NCBI GenBank assembly: GCA_003279705.1
Contig: QCGZ01000002.1
Location: 3,620 to 67,619, forward strand
DNA length: 64,000 nt
Origin: OCS116 cluster bacterium AG-390-I16
GTDB lineage: Bacteria > Pseudomonadota > Alphaproteobacteria > MED-G09
Direction of reading: 5' to 3'
A program made the translations under genes and the position numbers. Position 1 is the stretch's first letter. Each line of letters opens with the position of its first letter. Under the pieces are notes generated by a model, which ran no database searches, was not told where the DNA came from, and saw nothing but the letters and a program-made list of their open reading frames with translations. Below are positions 33,028 through 40,530 of the stretch, in pieces.

Positions 33028-34088
33028 TGAATCTTTCTGATTTTGATTTTGATTTACCAGATAAATTAATAGCCCTTAATCCAGCAAAACCAAGGGATAG
33101 CTCTAAACTGCTTAGAGTTAACTCATCTGATTCTTTTGAGAATATTATTTTTAGTAAATTAACTGATTATTTGAATGATGGAGATGTTTTAGTTGTAAAT
33201 GATACAAAGGTTATACCATCAAAGATTATTGGTTATAAAGTTAATATTAAGAAAGAATTAACTAAAATATCATTTACATTCTTTGAAAATAAAGAAAATG
33301 GTCAATGGAAAGCTTTAGCTAAGCCAGCAAGAAAAATTAATAAAAATGATCTTATTTTTTTTGAAAATGATGATGATAAATTTTATAATTTATTTGCACA
33401 AATAATTGATAAAAATAAAGGTGAGGTAACATTTGATTTTGCCTCAGATAGTGAAAAATTTATAAATATTTTGAAAGAGAAGGGGGATGTTATGTTGCCT
33501 CCATACATTACCTCAAAAAGAGATATAAAAGAGGAAGATAATTCAGATTACCAAACAATTTTTCAAAATAACGAAGGATCTATTGCTGCTCCAACAGCAG
33601 GCTTACATTTTACAGAAGATCTAATTAAAAAAATTATAAAAAAAGGAATAACAATAGAAAAACTAACGCTAAATATTGGTCTTGGAACATTTCTTCCATT
33701 AAGGGAGGATAGTGTTGAGGATAATACTCTTCATAGCGAGTATTGCTATTTATCAAAAAAAACAGCGGAAAAATTAAATGAAATTAAAAATTCGAAAAAC
33801 AGAAGGATTATATGTGTTGGTACAACAGCTCTTAGAACTTTAGAAACTTCTTTTGAAAATGGTATTTTTAAACCAGTAAATAAGAAAACGAATAAATTTA
33901 TTTATCCTGGAATAGATATCAATTCTATTGATGCACTAATTACGAACTTTCATCTACCAAAATCATCATTATTTATACTTATTTGTGCATTAATGGGTAC
34001 AAACAAAATGATAAAAGCCTATGAATATGCTATAAAAAATAATTATAGGTTTTATTCATACGGTGATGCGTGCCTATTAGAGAAATAA
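33027..34088 (+). CDS. queA: S-adenosylmethionine:tRNA ribosyltransferase-isomerase
   Basis: 353 aa with LSDFDFDLP, PPYI, AAPTAGLHFT and VGTT..R.LE motifs. Confidence 0.93.
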   Translation: MNLSDFDFDLPDKLIALNPAKPRDSSKLLRVNSSDSFENIIFSKLTDYLNDGDVLVVNDTKVIPSKIIGYKVNIKKELTKISFTFFENKENGQWKALAKPARKINKNDLIFFENDDDKFYNLFAQIIDKNKGEVTFDFASDSEKFINILKEKGDVMLPPYITSKRDIKEEDNSDYQTIFQNNEGSIAAPTAGLHFTEDLIKKIIKKGITIEKLTLNIGLGTFLPLREDSVEDNTLHSEYCYLSKKTAEKLNEIKNSKNRRIICVGTTALRTLETSFENGIFKPVNKKTNKFIYPGIDINSIDALITNFHLPKSSLFILICALMGTNKMIKAYEYAIKNNYRFYSYGDACLLEK

Positions 34089-34089
34089 T

Positions 34090-35208
34090 ATGTCTGGATA
34101 TAAGTTTTTACTAAAAAAACAATATAAAAAAGCTCGTACTGGTATAATTAAAACATCCTTGGGTGACATTAAAACACCTGCTTTCATGCCTGTTGCAACT
34201 CAAGGTGCTGTAAAATCTACTCCAATCAACATTATTGAAGATATTGGCTATGAAATGATATTAAGCAATACATATCATAATATTTTAAGACCAGGACTAA
34301 AAACTATTAAAAAATTTAAAAATTTATCGAAATTTATGGACTGGAATAAACCAATATTAACTGATTCAGGTGGTTTTCAAGTTATGTCATTATCTAAATT
34401 AAGAAAAATAAATAAAAAAGGTGTTATTTTTCAATCACATATAGATGGTTCTTCATACGAATTAACTCCTGAAAATGTAGTTGATACCCAAAATATCATT
34501 GGTTCAAATATTCAAATGGTTTTAGATGAGTGCACGCCTTTTCCTTCAACCTATAATGATGCAGAAAAATCAATGAAACTATCATTAGATTGGGCCGAAA
34601 GAGCAAGAAAAACATACTTAAATTCAAAAAATAGATCTGATGCACAATTTGGTATAGTGCAAGGAAGCACTTATGAAGGTTTAAGAAAAAAATCCGCAGA
34701 AGAAACAATTAATATTGATTTTGATGGATATGCTGTCGGTGGCTTAGCCGTAGGAGAAGGTCATCATAAAATGATAGAAGTTTTAAATTATACAGTTCCT
34801 ATGCTCCCTAATGAAAAAGTAAGGTATTTGATGGGGGTTGGCAGGCCCGAAAATATTATTGAAGCTATTTCTGAAGGTATTGACATATTTGATTGCGTTA
34901 TTCCTACCAGAGAGGGAAGGCATGGGCATGCATATTGTAAAAGTGGAACCTTAAATCTTAAAAATAAGATATTTGAAGATGATAAAAGACCGTTAGATGA
35001 AAATTCAAATTTTAGCTTTTCTAAAAGATATTCAAGGGGTTACATACATCATTTAATTAAATCAAAAGAACCTTTGGGTGGCTTAATTATATCTTGTCAT
35101 AATCTTAATTATTACAAGAATTTTATGAATGATATAAGGTTATCAATAGAAAATGATGATTTTGACGATTTTAAGAAAAATTTTTATTTTAATAAAGATT
35201 CGCCTTGA
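34090..35208 (+). CDS. tgt: queuine tRNA-ribosyltransferase
   Basis: 372 aa with TP.FMPV.T.G.VK, TDSGGFQV, GGLAVGE and zinc-site C.C..C...H-like motifs. Confidence 0.95.
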   Translation: MSGYKFLLKKQYKKARTGIIKTSLGDIKTPAFMPVATQGAVKSTPINIIEDIGYEMILSNTYHNILRPGLKTIKKFKNLSKFMDWNKPILTDSGGFQVMSLSKLRKINKKGVIFQSHIDGSSYELTPENVVDTQNIIGSNIQMVLDECTPFPSTYNDAEKSMKLSLDWAERARKTYLNSKNRSDAQFGIVQGSTYEGLRKKSAEETINIDFDGYAVGGLAVGEGHHKMIEVLNYTVPMLPNEKVRYLMGVGRPENIIEAISEGIDIFDCVIPTREGRHGHAYCKSGTLNLKNKIFEDDKRPLDENSNFSFSKRYSRGYIHHLIKSKEPLGGLIISCHNLNYYKNFMNDIRLSIENDDFDDFKKNFYFNKDSP

Positions 35209-35489
35209 TTTAATTCAAGGCTTTCAATATTTGGATTATTATCATTGTTTATAATTTCTAACTCATCTTCAGTTGAATCATCGTTTTCTGTTTTAACAGC
35301 TTCAACACACTCTTCAGTTTCAATACCAGCTGCAGCACATACAAGTTTACCAGCCACATCTGGAGTTTCTTTCTGAGAAGGTTTAAGAACTCCCGAGATA
35401 CTTTCATTAATCCTTTCAACTGTTGAACATGAACTAACAACAATAATAAAAAAGGAAATTGCCAATAATTTATTATAATTTGATGACAT
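35184..35489 (-). CDS. small acidic lipoprotein, unknown function
   Basis: 101 aa with signal peptide and lipobox (IVVSSC). Its 3' end overlaps the tgt 3' end by 25 nt (convergent). Confidence 0.5.
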   Translation of the reverse strand: MSSNYNKLLAISFFIIVVSSCSTVERINESISGVLKPSQKETPDVAGKLVCAAAGIETEECVEAVKTENDDSTEDELEIINNDNNPNIESLELNQGESLLK

Positions 35490-35625
35490 ATAAAAAATTT
35501 AACACATAATAGTGAATTTACTAGAGATATATATATTTAATAATAGATTAATTTTAATAATATTAAATTTTAAATTGATTTGGTCGATTTAATTGATTAA
35601 AAGACTCATTATATCTTGGTATTTA

Positions 35626-35701
35626 GGGCCCTTAGCTCAGTTGGTAGAGCAGCTGACTTTTAATCAGCTTGTCGCAGGTTCGACCCCTGCAGGGCTCACC
35701 A
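35626..35701 (+). tRNA. tRNA-Lys (anticodon UUU), CCA encoded
   Basis: Hand-folded cloverleaf. Acceptor GGGCCCT/AGGGCTC, D arm GCTC-AGTTGGTA-GAGC, anticodon arm GCTGA-CTTTTAA-TCAGC, variable TTGTC, T arm GCAGG-TTCGACC-CCTGC, discriminator A plus CCA. Confidence 0.93.
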
Positions 35702-35703
35702 AG
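35656..35703 (+). repeat. attL-like core (3' half of tRNA-Lys plus 2 nt)
   Basis: ACTTTTAATCAGCTTGTCGCAGGTTCGACCCCTGCAGGGCTCACCAAG, identical to 37838-37885. Confidence 0.9.
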
Positions 35704-35763
35704 GTATACCGTAGAAAATAGCCATTATTCTTATTTTCACTATTTAACTAAAGCTTTCATTTT

Positions 35764-35794
35764 TAAAAGTTTCCGCAAAGTTTCCGCAAAAAAA
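35764..35794 (+). repeat. 31-bp direct repeat R1 (tandem GTTTCCGCAAA doublet plus A-tract)
   Basis: TAAAAGTTTCCGCAAAGTTTCCGCAAAAAAA, identical to 37686-37716. Confidence 0.9.
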
Positions 35795-35928
35795 TTGCTC
35801 TATCTAAAAATTTAATTAATTTCTTATTTTTTAACTTATTGATTCTTTTAATTAAAAAAAATTACTATGCTCTCTACACAGGGTGTCATATGATATTAAA
35901 TAAGCTTGTCGGTGGTAGAGGGTAAATA

Positions 35929-37674
35929 ATGAATAAAAATCTAATAATAGCGTTCTTAATGGGAACAATTATAACATTACTTGTTGTTAATTATTTACCA
36001 AAATTTGATATTAAAATTGAAGTGACTGAGAAATCTGAAACTTTGAAAAAAGATAAAACAGAAAAAAATGAATTATCTGAGCAAACTTCTATTGTTGATC
36101 GTCTAAAAAGTAAAATTATCCCTGAACCAATTCCTGAAATAACAGCTGATGAATTTTTATTACAAAATTATCCAGATACAAGAATTTATAATTATAGAGA
36201 ATTCTTTAAAGGTGAGCAATCTAAGTATATAAAAAATGGCAAACCAAAAGCTAGAAGAACTCAAACATTATCAAAAAAAGTTGGTGCTGATTTCTTGAAG
36301 GCCCAAGAAGCACTTGCTGAAGAAAAAACAGATGAGTCTCTTAAGATATTAGAAGAACTTTTAAGTAATCAAGAATTAAGTATTTTTGAAAGAGCAACTA
36401 TCTATAGGCTTCAAGGTTATGTCTATGCTGAAAAAGAAGATTATCAGAAATCTATTGAATCTTTACAGCAATCTCTCTCCTATAATGTACTTGAACCTCA
36501 AGCCCAATTAGATCTTCAATTTAGTATAGCTCAACTTTTTCTTGCTATTGATCAATGGGGAAATGGACTTCGTGAAATTAATGATTGGGGTAGAAACTCT
36601 GAATCATTAGGGGTCGATCCTGGTCCATTATTTCATGCCTTACTGTCTCAAATATATTTATACCTTGCATCTGAAACGGAAACGGGATCTTTAGCGGAAA
36701 AGCAATTTTATGAAAAAGCTGCACCACATGCACAAACTGCTATATTAATAGCTTCAAAGCCAAGAGAAAATTGGTATCAAATTTATTTATCAATTCTTTT
36801 ATTTGGTGAGAAGTATGAAGATGCTAGACCAATACTAGAAGAGATGGTTAAAAGATTTCCTGAAAGAGATACTTATAAAAGACAACTCTCAGGATTATAT
36901 TATAAATTAGATGTAAATGACGGATTGGTTCCACCAGAGAAATCATCACAAGAAATTGTTTCAACTCCTGATTATGGCGGTCCTCAATTTGGGAAATTTT
37001 CTTCATCAATTGATGCACATTTACTTCCAATTGTTAAATTTCCTCCTAAATATCCTGATAGAGCGCTGAAACAAAAAATTGAAGGTTGGGTTTTACTTGA
37101 ATTTACAGTTACAGAAACAGGTGAAGTCTTAAATCCTGTTGTAATTGATTCAGACCCACCAGGAATTTTTAATAGATCTGCTTTGAGAACAATAGCTCAA
37201 TGGAAATATAAACCAATAATTGAAGATGGTAAGGCTGTTAAAATAAAAGGTGTTCAACATTTAATTACTTATGAACTAAATGAACCGAAAAAAATTATGA
37301 GAAGACCCGCTCCATCAGGCAATAATGATATAACTAAAGTAGATAGAATAAGCAATAAAGTTTTGAAAGAATATAATGCATCAGAAAACAGTGACGTAAT
37401 AATTAAATCTAGTTTTCCACCTAAATATCCAAGAAGAGCTAAAGACCATGGTGTTGAAGGATGGATTTTAACAGAACATACTGTTACTTCTGATGGAGAT
37501 GTAGTCAATCCAGTTGTAATTGATGCAGACCCACCAGGAATTTTTAATAGATCTGCTATGAGAACAATAGTTCAATGGAAATACTTACCTGCTAAAAAAA
37601 ATGGTAAAGCTGTTGGAAGAACTGGTGTAAGAAATGTAATGACATACACATTAGAAGATAAAAATAAAAAATAG
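35929..37674 (+). CDS. membrane-anchored TPR-like protein with two tandem TonB C-terminal domains
   Basis: 581 aa. N-terminal TM helix, K/E-rich linker and a helical-repeat region. Two TonB_C-like modules follow (PKYPDRALKQKIEGWVLLEFTV...YKP and PKYPRRAKDHGVEGWILTEHTV...YLP). Confidence 0.8.
   Translation: MNKNLIIAFLMGTIITLLVVNYLPKFDIKIEVTEKSETLKKDKTEKNELSEQTSIVDRLKSKIIPEPIPEITADEFLLQNYPDTRIYNYREFFKGEQSKYIKNGKPKARRTQTLSKKVGADFLKAQEALAEEKTDESLKILEELLSNQELSIFERATIYRLQGYVYAEKEDYQKSIESLQQSLSYNVLEPQAQLDLQFSIAQLFLAIDQWGNGLREINDWGRNSESLGVDPGPLFHALLSQIYLYLASETETGSLAEKQFYEKAAPHAQTAILIASKPRENWYQIYLSILLFGEKYEDARPILEEMVKRFPERDTYKRQLSGLYYKLDVNDGLVPPEKSSQEIVSTPDYGGPQFGKFSSSIDAHLLPIVKFPPKYPDRALKQKIEGWVLLEFTVTETGEVLNPVVIDSDPPGIFNRSALRTIAQWKYKPIIEDGKAVKIKGVQHLITYELNEPKKIMRRPAPSGNNDITKVDRISNKVLKEYNASENSDVIIKSSFPPKYPRRAKDHGVEGWILTEHTVTSDGDVVNPVVIDADPPGIFNRSAMRTIVQWKYLPAKKNGKAVGRTGVRNVMTYTLEDKNKK
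37132..37208 (+). repeat. intragenic repeat copy A (TonB_C module 1 core)
   Basis: 77 nt matching 37507-37583 with 4 mismatches, offset exactly 375 nt (125 codons). Confidence 0.85.
37507..37583 (+). repeat. intragenic repeat copy B (TonB_C module 2 core)
   Basis: See copy A. The flanking parts of the two modules are much more diverged at the nucleotide level. Confidence 0.85.
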
Positions 37675-37685
37675 GGTAGAATACC

Positions 37686-37716
37686 TAAAAGTTTCCGCAA
37701 AGTTTCCGCAAAAAAA
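37686..37716 (+). repeat. 31-bp direct repeat R2
   Basis: Identical to R1. It starts 12 nt after the stop codon of the TonB-like gene. Confidence 0.9.
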
Positions 37717-37735
37717 CCTAATGAATAGGTTTTTA
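37711..37735 (+). terminator. AT-rich hairpin terminator after the TonB-like gene
   Basis: AAAAACCTA-ATGAA-TAGGTTTTT. The 5' arm overlaps the A-tract of R2. Confidence 0.4.
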
Positions 37736-37837
37736 AAAGATTTTAAAAATATATAGGTTCTTATAAAATATAAGCAATATAAAGGTTTCTATGTAAATTA
37801 TTGATTTAATTGAGTTATTAAAAATCTATATTTAGTT

Positions 37838-37885
37838 ACTTTTAATCAGCTTGTCGCAGGTTCGACCCCTGCAGGGCTCACCAAG
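37838..37885 (+). repeat. attR-like core, a truncated pseudo-tRNA-Lys (3' half only)
   Basis: Perfect copy of 35656-35703. No 5' acceptor or D arm lies upstream, so it is not a functional tRNA. Confidence 0.9.
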
Positions 37886-38010
37886 TTATAACCGCTTTAT
37901 ACTGCTCCACTTTCCTAGGTCTTCTAATTATTTTTATTGTCAATTATTTATCAAAATTTGATTTTATTATGATATTGTAAAGTGAAATAAATATATATGG
38001 AGTATTTACT

Positions 38011-38202
38011 ATGAATAAAATTATAACATTAAGTTTACTAGTTTTATTAATGTCATTTTCTGGAAATGTTATAGCGCATTGTGGTGATGCAGAAGCTCAT
38101 GCAGCCTCATCTCAAGAACATATTGAAAAAGATAATGCAAATAATAATGATGAAAAAAAAGAGAAAAAATCATATAAAAATAATATGACCAATAGATATT
38201 AG
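38011..38202 (+). CDS. small secreted protein with His/Cys-rich mature N-terminus
   Basis: 63 aa. GGAG lies 8 nt upstream. Signal peptide ends VIA, followed by HCGDAEAHAASSQEH and a K/N-rich tail. Confidence 0.45.
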   Translation: MNKIITLSLLVLLMSFSGNVIAHCGDAEAHAASSQEHIEKDNANNNDEKKEKKSYKNNMTNRY

Positions 38203-38228
38203 TCTTATTTACAAAAATAGGGTTCTAT

Positions 38229-38459
38229 ATGTTTAATGGTTTTGTCTTATTTCTTGGTTCAATAGGCTTGGCTCTAATTTGGAGCCTTTTGAATTTTTTA
38301 ACACCAAATTTCAAAGAGAAAGTAAAAAAAGAAGGAAAAAAAATTTGGGATTTTAGCTTTGGGGGTAAACTATTTATTGTAAGTAGTTTGCTTTTTGTAG
38401 TTTTATTTTTTGGTTTTGCTTTAGACTTCCTCATTAGGCTTATTCTTTCTTTTCTTTAA
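38229..38459 (+). CDS. small two-TM membrane protein
   Basis: 76 aa with two hydrophobic helices separated by a K-rich loop. Preferred over the overlapping basic minus-strand ORF at 38225-38434. Confidence 0.4.
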   Translation: MFNGFVLFLGSIGLALIWSLLNFLTPNFKEKVKKEGKKIWDFSFGGKLFIVSSLLFVVLFFGFALDFLIRLILSFL

Positions 38460-38573
38460 ATAAATAATTTATTAATTTCCTAACACTTATGTCGCATTTT
38501 GGACTATTGCAGATCTTTCAATTTCCATGATATTTAAATATAAAATGTTTGGTTAATTCTTTATGGAGAAAAA

Positions 38574-38711
38574 ATGACTCTTTATTTATCAGAGCAAAGT
38601 ATACCTTATCTACCTTTAATAATTTCTATAAAATTAATAGGGTTTTTAATTATTCTTATTATTGCAAGAAATAATAAAAAAAAATTTGAGGCAAATAACA
38701 ATAAGGCTTAG
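38574..38711 (+). CDS. 45-aa single-TM protein (below the ORF-track size cut-off)
   Basis: Hand translation: MTLYLSEQSIPYLPLIISIKLIGFLIILIIARNNKKKFEANNNKA. GGAGAA lies 4-9 nt upstream of the ATG. Confidence 0.35.
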   Translation: MTLYLSEQSIPYLPLIISIKLIGFLIILIIARNNKKKFEANNNKA

Positions 38712-38897
38712 AATTTTATTAACTTACTTAATTACCTATCTTTACATAAAGGTATATTAAAAAAACATCATAATAAGTTTCTCATAATATTTCTAATAAC
38801 TAGAGGATTTTAAATGTTATTTTAAACATTAAGCTCTAACATTTGCATTCTTTTTAAAGTGAGGTAATCTAAATTATAAAATAAGGATAATTATCAT

Positions 38898-39506
38898 TTG
38901 AAAAAAATATGTTTAATTTTTGGACATCATAATACAAACAATTCTTTCAATGCATCAATAAGAGATGCCTTTATCAACGAAGCAGAAAAATGTGGTCACA
39001 CGATTGACCTAATTAACTTATTTGATGAAGAGGAACAATTACCATTTTATCGAACAGATATTAACCCGCCTCCAAACAAAGTTCTTGAATACAGAAAAAG
39101 ATTAGAAAATTGTGATGTTATGTTCTTAATGAGCGCTTGTCATAATTTAAGAATGAGCGGTATTACTGAAAATTGGATAGATTGGGTACTGCATCCAAAG
39201 TGGTTTTTTTCATACAAATCTCTTTTACCAGATAGTAAATTTTTTGAAAATTATGGTTACCCCATTCCAGGAGCATTAAAAAATAAAATCGGAATTGTCT
39301 CTATTACTTATGGCGGCCCAATGATTAGCTACTTCAATTTTTCACTTTTTGATAATATACCTTTTAGAAGATTAAAAAAATCAGTTTTTGCTTTGGGTGG
39401 ATTGAAAATAAAATATTTAAGATTCTATTCTGTTTTACCTATAATGAATGAGAAAAAATTTCAAAAAAATATTCAAAAAGTTCGAAAATTCGCAAGGCAA
39501 CTATAG
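38898..39506 (+). CDS. flavodoxin-like fold NAD(P)H (quinone) oxidoreductase family protein
   Basis: 202 aa with MKKICLIFGHH..NSFN and CDVMFLMSA...ENWIDWVL, matching the Flavodoxin_2 (NQO/KefF-like) pattern. TTG start. Confidence 0.65.
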   Translation: MKKICLIFGHHNTNNSFNASIRDAFINEAEKCGHTIDLINLFDEEEQLPFYRTDINPPPNKVLEYRKRLENCDVMFLMSACHNLRMSGITENWIDWVLHPKWFFSYKSLLPDSKFFENYGYPIPGALKNKIGIVSITYGGPMISYFNFSLFDNIPFRRLKKSVFALGGLKIKYLRFYSVLPIMNEKKFQKNIQKVRKFARQL

Positions 39507-39529
39507 TTTATTTAAAAAAGGAATTAATT

Positions 39530-40528
39530 ATGAGACTTTTATGCATTTTTATTATTTTTAATATTTTTATATTTAATGAAAGCTTATTTTCAAAAGAACT
39601 TACTGAAAGAGAAAAGTTTGATAATCTTTCCAAAGAAATATCAAATTGGGGAAGGTGGGGAAAAAATGATCAACTTGGTACATTAAATAATATTTCTGAG
39701 TCAAATATAATTAATGCAAAAAAATTAGTTATTGAAGGAAAAACAATTTCTTTATCTAGAAATATGTCAAAAGAAACTAATCCCTTTAATCACGCACCTA
39801 TTAAACATAAACCTTTTATTTTTCCTGCTGATGCCTTTGGAACTGATCCTAAGTTAGCTCAAGAAGGAGCTGGAGATGTTTTTGAGATAGAGTATCATGG
39901 TTACTCACATACTCATATAGATGCAATAAATCATTTTGGTAGAAATGGAAAAATGTATAATGGCTATCCTTTTGAAATAAACTCTAATAATGAATTCGAA
40001 AATTTGGGTGTTGATGAGATAGGAAAATCAGGAGTAATTAGCAGAGGTATTTTAATTGATTTACCAGTTTTTTTTGGAGTTGACTATGTTGAGGCTGGAA
40101 CAATAATTAGAATTGAAGATATTAAAAATTGGGAAAAAAGGAATAATATACAAATTGGCAAAGGAGATATTTTATTACTTAGAACGGGAAGATGGGAACA
40201 ACTTCGTCAAAAGGGCTATTGGGAAATTACAAAAAAAAGTACAGGGTTTCATTATTCTGTAGCCTCTTTTTTAAAGGAAAGAGATGTCGCTGCAATAGGT
40301 TGTGATGGTGTATCAGATGTTTACCCATCGGGTATTAAAAGTAAAAAAGATGCATTACACGAGTTAGTATTAGTGGATTTGGGTATGCCTATTTTTGATA
40401 ATATGGATCTTGATTTATTATCTAAAAATTTAGAAAGATTAAATAGAAAAACATTTATGTTCGTTGCTAATCCTTTAAAAATAAAGGGTGCTACAGGTGC
40501 TCCTATAAACCCAGTTGCAATTTTTTAA
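39530..40528 (+). CDS. putative cyclase (kynurenine formamidase-like) family protein with signal peptide
   Basis: 332 aa with WGKNDQLGTLN and YHGYSHTHIDAINH metal-site-like motifs and a hydrophobic N-terminus. Confidence 0.7.
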   Translation: MRLLCIFIIFNIFIFNESLFSKELTEREKFDNLSKEISNWGRWGKNDQLGTLNNISESNIINAKKLVIEGKTISLSRNMSKETNPFNHAPIKHKPFIFPADAFGTDPKLAQEGAGDVFEIEYHGYSHTHIDAINHFGRNGKMYNGYPFEINSNNEFENLGVDEIGKSGVISRGILIDLPVFFGVDYVEAGTIIRIEDIKNWEKRNNIQIGKGDILLLRTGRWEQLRQKGYWEITKKSTGFHYSVASFLKERDVAAIGCDGVSDVYPSGIKSKKDALHELVLVDLGMPIFDNMDLDLLSKNLERLNRKTFMFVANPLKIKGATGAPINPVAIF

Positions 40529-40530
40529 AA

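Larger units (their letters stand above)
35656..37885 (+). mobile_element. putative integrase-less mini-island (CIME-like) bounded by direct copies of the tRNA-Lys 3' half
   Basis: Perfect 48-bp direct repeats at 35656-35703 and 37838-37885. The enclosed 2.1 kb holds one gene and a nested second repeat pair. No recombinase gene is present. Confidence 0.45.

Noticed and set aside
35902-35917. Possible third, decayed att fragment (AAGCTTGTCGGTGGTAGAG versus tRNA CAGCTTGTCGCAGGTTCGA) just before the TonB-like start codon
   Set aside because: Only a 9-nt exact core (AGCTTGTCG) matches. A rough estimate gives a several-percent chance of a random hit in the island, too weak to call.
37132-37583. 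Diversity-generating retroelement (template/variable repeat) explanation for the intragenic repeat
   Set aside because: There is no reverse transcriptase or accessory gene nearby. The four mismatches are not adenine-specific (T/A, T/G, T/A, C/T).
35764-37716. CRISPR-like or tandem-repeat array interpretation of the GTTTCCGCAAA motifs
   Set aside because: There are only two 11-nt units per site with no spacer between them, two sites 1.9 kb apart and no cas genes. This is not a CRISPR array.
38225-38434. Basic 69-aa minus-strand ORF overlapping the 76-aa plus-strand ORF
   Set aside because: The plus-strand frame gives a coherent two-TM protein co-oriented with its neighbours. The minus-strand product is lysine-rich and low-complexity, typical of reading A/T-rich DNA. 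Neither ORF is proven.
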